Shown: positions 1 to 64,000 of the stretch, in pieces
Numbering within the stretch: position 1 is the stretch's first letter
Layout: every line of letters begins with the position of its first letter
Assembly: GCF_009914755.1 (NCBI RefSeq)
Contig: NC_060943.1
Length of the DNA: 64,000 nucleotides
From: the human T2T-CHM13v2.0 reference genome, Homo sapiens
Reading direction: 5' to 3' (one strand)
Translations under genes and position numbers: made by a program
Notes under the pieces: generated by a model
Database searches by the model: none
What the model saw: the letters and a program-made list of their open reading frames with translations, nothing else
What the model was told of the DNA's origin: nothing

Positions 1-19375
<19,375 letters not shown>

Positions 19376-19435
19376 AAATGCCACCCTCAGGGCACTGGTT
19401 GGGCTAAAGGTGACACTGGCGTCTCACGGGCTATG

Positions 19436-19491
19436 AAGACGGAATGCCTCTTAATGCCGGAATTCCAAGACGGAATGCCTCTTAATGCCGG
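19436..19491. repeat. Perfect 25-bp direct repeat with a 6-bp spacer
   Basis: aagacggaatgcctcttaatgccgg at 19436-19460 and 19467-19491. Confidence 0.95.
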
Positions 19492-19829
19492 TAGGAGCAG
19501 AAGTGCTTTTCCTAAGGGGGCCGGGTTTTCCTAGCCGGTGTAGTGTGTCCATGGGAATCCAGGGTGTCCGTCCCATGGACCTTCAGCGCTAGGGTCCTGG
19601 AAGGACCTAGCTTGCCTAAGAGGAGGATCTGATGAAGAGTCCTATACTGTGGGGATTGGGACGTTGGGTAAATACCCCTGGAGTACCAGGGATGGGATCC
19701 AGCCTGGTTGAGAAGGATCCCTGGGTGTTCCGGAGAGAAAAGAGGGTCTGACAAGTGGGGAAGGACCCCGAGTCTTTCATGCCTTTCCCAATTCCTACCA
19801 GTTCATTCTCTGATAAGAAAACAAAGCCC

Positions 19830-20345
<516 letters not shown>

Positions 20346-20583
20346 AAACCAAAGCCTAGATTATCTAGGTCAGCAGGGCCATCTGGTGAGTTGCCAGAGG
20401 GCAGAAGTCACTGTCTTGTCCCTAGCACCTGACTTAAGACACAAGGTTTATGAAGTAAGCAAATGAACAGCCAGAAGCCTCCAGACTGGGGCCCCACACC
20501 AGGCCTATGGGGCTAGAGCCCTTCCCGCCAGGTAGGAGGAACACCCCACTGAACAGAAGAGGCTGACAGCCAGAGTGAAAAAC

Positions 20584-20589
20584 TTTATT
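20584..20589 (-). terminator. WDR83OS poly(A) signal AATAAA
   Basis: tttatt on the plus strand, about 270 nt past the stop codon. Confidence 0.8.
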
Positions 20590-20856
20590 AACAACAGGTT
20601 TCAACGAGAAAGCAAATGAATACCCCTAGAAACATGGACAGCATCTCCCCCAGCAGCAGGCAGGGGAAGGGAGGCAGGAGGGGTAAGCCTAGGGTGTTCC
20701 CTAGGAAAGGGCCAGGTTCCCTCTATCCAGCTGGGGGCACCGAGACGGCCTCATTCAGGGAAGTCCAGGATGGCAGCTGAAGGCAGCAGGTTTAGCAGCC
20801 AAAGCCCAGGCCTAGTGGATAGACAGGGTCCAAAATGTGACCCTTCTAGGCTGGTA

Positions 20857-21901
20857 TCACCATGGGGGCGTCATGGGCTGAGGATTCTGCAGATAGGACA
20901 TCACCACGGCAGAGATGGACAGCCTGAGACAGGAGAGAGGTGTCAGTCTAGGATGGCCAGGCTGGGGTCCCCCCACCCCTTACTCAAGAGTCACTTGTTC
21001 TGTAGGGCAAGTCTCACATGAAGCTACTCATCATTTGCTTCGTGTCCTCCGAGCTCCGAGAGTTGGCAAAGCTGATGAAGGAGCAGTAGACAGCGACCCA
21101 AGCACACCACTTCAGCTAGGGAAAGGTAAGTGGGTGGGCAGGTTAGTGAAAGGCACAACAATGAGTCCCCGAAGCCACCTTTCCAGACACCAGATCATGC
21201 CCACTGATTCCATCTGATGCAGCTGGGACCTTGCCCCACCCGGAATTCCTCAGTCCCACCTGCTCATGGCATACTCTAGATACGTGGTTTCTAGTCCTAC
21301 TGTCTGGCCTGCGTCTCTCAGGACCAAGAGAGACTCTGACATCCCACATGCTTAAGACCCTGCCCTTTTTCCACAACTCCTCTCCAAGTTGCTTCAAAGC
21401 CTGGCCCCACTCGCAGACCAATCTGCCACATCCCCAACCTGACTCGAATCCTTGACTTCACCAAAGACTGGGGCTTTCTCGGCCCAGCGTCATCGCAGCC
21501 CCACTCCCGGCCGATCTCAGGTCCCGCCCCATCAGCAATGACAAGACACCCCGCTTCATTCCAAACCCGCCCCCGGGCCTCGTTCTCAGGTCCAACTACA
21601 CCCATAGAAGCTCAACCCCGCCCACCTTAAGCATGAGGCCGCACATGCTGAAGATCATGCCCAGCAGGTTCATGTAGTCCGGCGTCGGGTCGTCCAAGGC
21701 CGGGTTACATTCGCTCGGCGGGGGCTTGTACCTGCGACAGGCTCGAGGGTCAGGGGCGCTCAGGTCCTGCCCCCGGGATAGACAGGCGCTTCCCAGGGCC
21801 CCGATCCACACCCACAACCCGAACCCGTGCCCACGACGCTGGGGTCCTCACCTCAGCACTTTGTTCGGCCTCCGTGGGTCCGACATATTGTTAGTGGACA
21901 T
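20857..21901 (-). CDS. WDR83OS: PAT complex subunit Asterix/PAT10 (106 aa)
   Basis: Exons 21852-21901, 21626-21731, 21018-21115 and 20857-20923 total 321 nt and give [106 protein letters not shown]. Confidence 0.97.
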
Positions 21902-21939
21902 AGCGAGTCGAAGGCCAGATCACGCCTCTTCCGCTGCAG

Positions 21940-22288
21940 GAATCGCAGCTTCCGGCGTGCAAGCTGAGGGCGGATTTTAGAGTAACACCCGAGGCCCTCG
22001 CATTTCCGTTCCTCATGACAGAGGCTTGGACTCCCCTTACCCAGAGAACGGAGATTTAGGAGAAGCCAGAAGTCTTCCTTTCAAAGGGAAAATGGGGAAA
22101 AGAACCTGAAAGCGGGCTTCAATAGTTCCAACCCGATCACCGAAATGCCAAAATGATGAACCCGGAAGTGATAAACAGGAAGTAGGTCAGGAAGAACAAT
22201 AATAAGGTTACACCCAAGCGTGGGTTTCTAAGGCGCGGAATTTTCCGTACAGACCGATTTAAGGCTGCAAGGAAGGAGTCCTGGGAGC

Positions 22289-22290
<2 letters not shown>
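21940..22290. promoter_or_regulatory. WDR83OS/WDR83 bidirectional promoter
   Basis: Divergent ATGs at 21901 and 22289. Tandem ETS/GABP motifs CCGGAAGTG (22162-22170), CAGGAAGT and CAGGAAG, plus an E2F-like GGCGCGGAA near 22232. Confidence 0.75.
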
Positions 22291-28170
<5,880 letters not shown>

Positions 28171-28235
28171 AGCCAGGGGACCCACCAACAGGACCAAGGA
28201 CCGAGACACAGACATGGAAGGACTTCAGATACCAT

Positions 28236-28241
28236 CTTATT
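28236..28241 (-). terminator. Probable DHPS variant poly(A) signal AATAAG
   Basis: cttatt on the plus strand, about 95 nt past the DHPS stop. No minus-strand AATAAA is seen nearby. Confidence 0.6.
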
Positions 28242-28291
28242 CTAGAGACGTAGCTGACCAAAAAGTAGGGGAGGGGCTGGGTCTGCAAATT

Positions 28292-39958
<11,667 letters not shown>

Positions 39959-40509
39959 ACGAAGGCATTGGAGATTTGAGCCTGAGCAGTGGCGACAACA
40001 GGAGGAGAGGCAAGGCTGCATGTTGGAGATGGCAGAGGCTGACAAAGCAGATGTGTTGGGAACAGTTAGCAGGAGATCCAGCAGGCCAGGGGGAGGCCAG
40101 GGCCTCCTCACTCCCCCAGCCAAGGCACCTAGCCCACAGGGACCCAGGTGACACATGACACCAGAGGAGCCACAGGGCCTCCTGGGGCAGGGACCCCCTC
40201 AGCCGAGGCAGCAGCTGCTGCTGCAGCTGGTGACATTTCACTCCATGAGAGCCCTGGCTTCAAAGTCTTTGCAGGGGTAGCCGAGGGAGAAAAGGGGGTT
40301 GAAGAGGACAGGCTGGGTTGGGGAGGGAGCCACAGCAGGGTGGCCACCAGAGGACCAGGCAGCCAGAGGTGACTTGGGCCGGAGCCCTTAGCCGAGGTGT
40401 GTGGGCCTGATGGGTCCAGGAGCAGCCACCCTCATCCTGCAGCCCCCAAGGAACATAGAAGGAGGTGTGGGAACCCTCGGGCAGCCCTAGGCTCCCCCTA
40501 GGGGACTGA

Positions 40510-40872
<363 letters not shown>

Positions 40873-41436
40873 ACCCAGGGCAATGCCACCCTGTGGCCTG
40901 GGCAAACCAGGGGGCCTCAATAAACATGAAGTGAATACTTCTCAGGGCATGGCTGAGCTGGGCTGAGATGGGAGACCAGAGGGACTTTGGGCTTGCAGGG
41001 GCCAGGTGCGTACCTGGCCCAGCCTCCCTCCCTGCCTGCCCCCGGGGTCACAGCCACAGCAGCACACACACACCCTGGAGCCCCAGACGGAGAGCACGCC
41101 ATCCCTCTTGCCCTCGCCAGCACCCATGGGATAGCCTGAGCAGGTACCCTTTCCCACCGTGCAGACAAATGGCCAGGATTTGAGTCATAATCTATACACC
41201 ACACGCGTCACACATCACACACACACGTGACATCATAGACACAGATGCCCACGATCCTCAGGACTCTCCCTCTTCAAATGCACAGCAACAGCTGACATGC
41301 ACCCCCAGCCCAGACTTGCTATCTCTCCCAGTCACTCCCATGCAGGCCCGCAGCCCCACAGCCCCAAGCAGGCACAGGCAGAACCCCAGCAGGCAAACCA
41401 CACTCACACTCCAGGCCCAAGCACCAACATGTCAGG

Positions 41437-41442
41437 TTTATT
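41437..41442 (-). terminator. FBXW9 poly(A) signal AATAAA
   Basis: tttatt about 275 nt past the stop. Converges on the GNG14 AATAAA at 40919. Confidence 0.8.
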
Positions 41443-41715
41443 TCTCCTTCGCTCTCAACTGAGAGCGGGGCATCCAAATCATAACAAAACCAGGGCCCAA
41501 GAGTGGGAAGCGGCCCCCTGGGTGGGCCTGAACCCCAATTTCACCCTTCCCCCGGGCATAGGGCCCAGGCCAGGACGCTCACCCGAATGTGGCTGGGACT
41601 CCTTGTGCCCTAGGCCCACGGGGCGGAGGCAGCACCAACATTGGGGATGGTCCCCCAAGAACAGAGGAGGAAGCCCAGCCTCCGGCAGGCAGTATCCACA
41701 TCCACGCCCACCTGC

Positions 41716-49071
<7,356 letters not shown>

Positions 49072-49074
49072 TGC

Positions 49075-49230
49075 GACCGGGTGGGCGCTGCCGGCCTCGC
49101 GTCTTGTCTCCTAGGCAGCACGAGGGCACTTCCGGCGCTGTCTGATGACGTTTATGCGCCCACCGGAAGCGACGAAGTCAGACACTGGCTTAATACAGAA
49201 CATCGCCCCGCTTACAGGGTCTCTTGCAAC
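49075..49230 (-). promoter_or_regulatory. FBXW9 promoter
   Basis: CpG island continuous with exon 1. Inverted ETS sites CACTTCCGG (49127-49135) and ACCGGAAG flank a TGACGT CRE half-site. Confidence 0.7.
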
Positions 49231-49807
49231 TGCGTCGGCCTTAGGCTGGAAAATGCAGGTTCCTGTTTCTGCGCTTTTTAAACTAGCCGATACCGAGAGC
49301 CAGCCAACTCTAGCTAAAAACGAAACTCAAGCCAGGCGGGGTGGCGCGCGCCTGTAGTTCCAGATACTCAGGAAGGTGAAGGGGTAGGATCCCTTGAGTC
49401 CAGGAGTTCGAGACTGCAGTGAGCCATGGTTGTGCCACTGTACTCCAACCTGCGCAACATAGTGAGACCCTGTCTCTTTAAATTAGACATAAAATAAACA
49501 CTGCTTTAACGAAGGCATCTGTTATATGTGACACTGAGCTTAGAAACCCAAAGGCCCCTTTCCGAGTTCAAGGAGTAGAGATTGGAACTCTTGCCTCTTT
49601 TCCCAGAGCCAGAAATATGCAGTTACACTGCAGAGGCATCAGTTAAGTGACTTTTTTTTTTTTTTTTTTTTTTTTTGAGAAAGGAACTGGGGCCTCAGAA
49701 CTACCTCTCCAGACCCCATTCCCCAACCCAACCTTGGAGGACAGCAGTTCAGTCCTCCAAGCGGAGTGCTTGGCTCATTGCAACCTCCGCTTTCTGGACT
49801 CAAGTGA

Positions 49808-50281
<474 letters not shown>

Positions 50282-50410
50282 TGACAGGCGTGAGCCACTG
50301 CGCCCGGCCTAACATCACACTTACTAAAACAGCATGTTGGCCGGGTGCGGTGGCTCAGGCCTGTAATCCCACCACTTCGAGAGGCAAGGTGGGTTAATCA
50401 CTTGAGGTCA

Positions 50411-50617
<207 letters not shown>

Positions 50618-50986
50618 TCAAACAAAAAAACTGCAGGTATTTACTGCAAGCCTCTTTTGAGCCAGGCAGCTAACCAATCCACGTAGGTCATCTGCGCAGT
50701 CCTTGCTGTTTGCTCTACTTGACACTCTTCTCTCCATGGCTCTGTTCAAACATCGTCTTCTCAGTGTGGCCTTTGCAGGTCACCCTACATAAGATTTCAA
50801 CCGTTTCCCCCACCATTCTCTCTGCCTTCCTGTTTTTCTCTATAGGACTTAGCACAGTTCCACTTTTTATACTCTATCCTCTCACTAGAATGCAGGACTT
50901 ATTTGTTGAATATTGGATGTGTGTCAGTATTTTTAAATTTTCCCACGTTGGTCTTTGGGCCACACCAAGGTTGCAGTAAGATTTTA

Positions 50987-51323
<337 letters not shown>

Positions 51324-51689
51324 CTACTTCTCATTTGCCTGAGTAATTGTAACTAATATTAATTAAATTACCCTCGGCCTGGGGCTGGGCTGAACCTTCT
51401 ATGAAAACCTTGACCCAGGGTCAGCTGATGATAAGAGTGCGGCAAGGCCTCACCCCTTACCACTCAGTTTAGAGTACGGCAGAGGGGCATCTTGAACCTG
51501 GGCTGTGACACTAATGGCTCACCCTTAGTGAGCTGAAGTCCCAGAGAATGAGCTGCACATTTCATATATGTTACAAATTTAATCTTCCATCTTTCACATT
51601 CGTCTATCTTCCCACTCTCAAGTATCCCCGGTGCCCCCGACATTTCTTCACTACCAAAGCCAAGGACACAGGAAGCCACAGACTAAGGA

Positions 51690-53734
51690 GTTCACAAGAA
51701 ACTGATCTTTACTCAACAAAGTTCTACACAAGTGGAATCTCACGCCACCTCGGCGCCAATCCCCAGCACAGCACAGTAACAAATGGACAGACCCGGGAGC
51801 CCGCAGGGGGAAGAGGGTGAGGAGGGAAAGAGGGACTGTGGCTCAAGGCCAGTCTGGGTCCACAGCCCTGGGTAGGGGAGAAGGTTGAGAAGCTGAAACT
51901 TCATTGTGCAAAAAACAACCAAAAATAAATTAAAAAATTAAATAGTTTTTTTTTTAAAAAAAAAAAAAAAAGGAAAACGAGAAGAACCAGGCTCCCCTTC
52001 CCTGAAGGTGTTTGTATCCCCCCATCTTGAGTAGCGAGGGGTTACCAATCCCATCAGACAGCCAATCCATCCACACACCCCAAGACCCAGCAGAGGATGC
52101 TTCAAAGAACTGGAATTACCAGAAAATTAAAAGGTATTTTTAAAACTTTTTTTTTTTTTTTTAACAAATGGCTTCCAGAGACCTGCTCGAGTTTCATGGG
52201 GTGGGCGTGCAGGGACACCCAGCTAATTTATGGAATGTGTACTGAGTGCCCCTTGGAATAGATGCAGGGCCTGACCCTGACTATGGAAAGACACAGGGCT
52301 TGGATGGAGGGTCTGGCGCCCAGGAGGGATGGATGGAGCAGGCCCCAGGATGCGAGACTCCAGTCAGACTCCAAAACACAAGGGGCTCCCCAAAGAAGTA
52401 GAAAGCAGGGAAGGAAAAAAAGGGAAAAAATGCTAAGGGGGTCTGCAAGGCCCAGTTTTCTGGCCAACTGGGAAGTAACTACACCCCCACCCTCTCTAGG
52501 GGAGCCCCTTCCACCTTGACCATGTTCCCAGACTATTCCGGAAGGTTCTCTAGAATTGCTGACCCAGTCTAGTAGGATCTCTGGGCTCACTGGGTACTAT
52601 GATGAGCAGGAAGTCCCAGGGAGATGGAATAGGGAACAGGGGACACACCACCTTTCCCTTCCACCAAGCCTTGGTTTTCCTTTTTGCTGGCAAAAACCTG
52701 TGTCCTCTGTCATCATCAATCAAACGCCCCTGCCCCAGGCCTTGAGTTAAAACTGGGGCCTGAAACGTGAGAAGGGGGCTTTCAGAAGCACAGAGAAACG
52801 GACTGCCCCTGAAGCTGCTTACAGAGAGAGATGCTCGGGGTAGGTGCCAGTAGCTCTGGCTACACCCAGCTCTCTTCAGGAAAAAGGTCCCAACCCAGTG
52901 TCTTCAAAAGCCACTGGAGCACACAGGAAGGAGAAACGGTGACCTCTGGCCAGCCCCAGCCACTCCAGTGGTTCTCACCCTGCGAGCTAGGCTAGGATAA
53001 GGACGGAGACACCACCAGCTGAGGCTGCAACAAAGCTGGCAGGGAGTGTGTGGAGCGGGTCCCAAGCATGTGCGTGCTGACAGGGCGACTCCCAAGGTCA
53101 CCATCCTCCTCCCCCCGCCCCGAGATCCCGCCTGAGGCCCCCCACCCACCCAGCCCTCCCCAGTCACCGCCAATTCCGGCAAAACAGCAGAAGCTTCTTA
53201 AACTCTAGATGCAGGTTACACGGAAGGCCTTACGGGTTAACTCAGGGGTTCACTAATTCTACTGTCTCCATGCAGTCGGGGAAATGGTGGAGCGGCTGGC
53301 CCAGCCTCGCCGGTTATGGCACCCGCACATGCGTGTGGCCATGTGTGTCCGTGTGAGTGTACGCGTCCCTACGAGGGCCCCCCTCCTGACCTGCTCCTCC
53401 CTCACCTCATCCGAAGCCGGATTCGGTCAGCTGTGTAATTCCTCCCTCCCACGTAGCTGGCCCAAGTGGGCTGCCAGAGATGACCCTATTAGAGCCCAGG
53501 GGCCCTTGCCCACCAGAAGTCCCCCCCACCTCCCCGTTTGTAGGATGAGCATGGTGGCCCCACCCACCTGCCAGGAGGGCAAGTGGACGGATGGACGGAC
53601 GGACGGACGGACGGGGAAGGCATCTGGATTTGAGTCCCACTCACTCCTCCCTAACCCCCCTCAACCAGGGCACAGCGACTTCCGGATGCAGCGCACTCCC
53701 CAGTAATCCCTCCGACGACGACGCAGACAGAAAC
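51690..53734 (-). other. TNPO2: TNPO2 terminal non-coding exon (long 3' UTR)
   Basis: CAG acceptor at 53735-53737. About 2 kb of Alu-free sequence with U- and A-rich tracts, and a variant poly(A) signal AGTAAA (tttact, 51708-51713). The 3' end is approximate. Confidence 0.75.
53585..53614. repeat. (GGAC)n tetranucleotide repeat in the TNPO2 3' UTR
   Basis: ggacggatggacggacggacggacggacgg. Confidence 0.9.
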
Positions 53735-53836
53735 CTGCAGGGGGAGGAGGAAGGTCATGGCCTGGGACCTTTCGGCCCCCAAGACAGTGCTGACTTGCCA
53801 GCTGCAGTCTCCTTACCTGGCAGTCTCCATGATCAC

Positions 53837-63950
<10,114 letters not shown>

Positions 63951-64000
63951 CTGGGGGACAGGCAGACTGTTAAGTACTTTGGGGACCACAGCCGCGACAC

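Noticed and set aside
19436-19491. Repeat-spacer-repeat pattern resembling a CRISPR array
   Set aside because: There are only two copies, a 6-bp spacer and a eukaryotic context; it is a simple local duplication.
22153-22160. ATGATGA box C-like word (also GTGATGA near 58332)
   Set aside because: No paired box D or terminal stem at a suitable distance; the second is on the strand opposite the host gene.
53585-53614. GGAC array as an m6A site cluster
   Set aside because: GGAC is on the strand antisense to TNPO2; the mRNA reads (GUCC)n.

Overview
Human (or near-human primate) genomic DNA from the gene- and Alu-dense 19p13.13 cluster. In order: MAN2B1 (-, coding exons 1-21 and part of 22), WDR83OS (-, complete), WDR83 (+, complete), DHPS (-, complete), GNG14 (+, apparently decaying G-protein gamma gene), FBXW9 (-, complete) and the 3' part of TNPO2 (-). 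TNPO2 hosts two box C/D snoRNAs with the same 28S guide (SNORD41 and a paralog, probably SNORD135). Exon boundaries were placed by reading GT/AG sites and checking frame continuity. Gene names rest on my recognition of the translated proteins, not on a database search. Most other ORFs in the supplied track are Alu-derived or antisense noise. A few codons differ from the reference proteins as I remember them, so this may be a non-reference haplotype. I see no wholly new multi-gene system. The best leads are: (1) the GNG14 lesions (frameshift at the expected splice acceptor, CAAX Cys replaced by Tyr); (2) the interlocked MAN2B1/WDR83OS/WDR83/DHPS sense-antisense layout, with a two-strand exon, a uORF and a frame-compatible WDR83OS-MAN2B1 fusion; (3) the duplicated snoRNA guide; (4) three intronic CCAAT boxes spaced exactly 40 bp apart; and (5) several Alu rearrangement scars.
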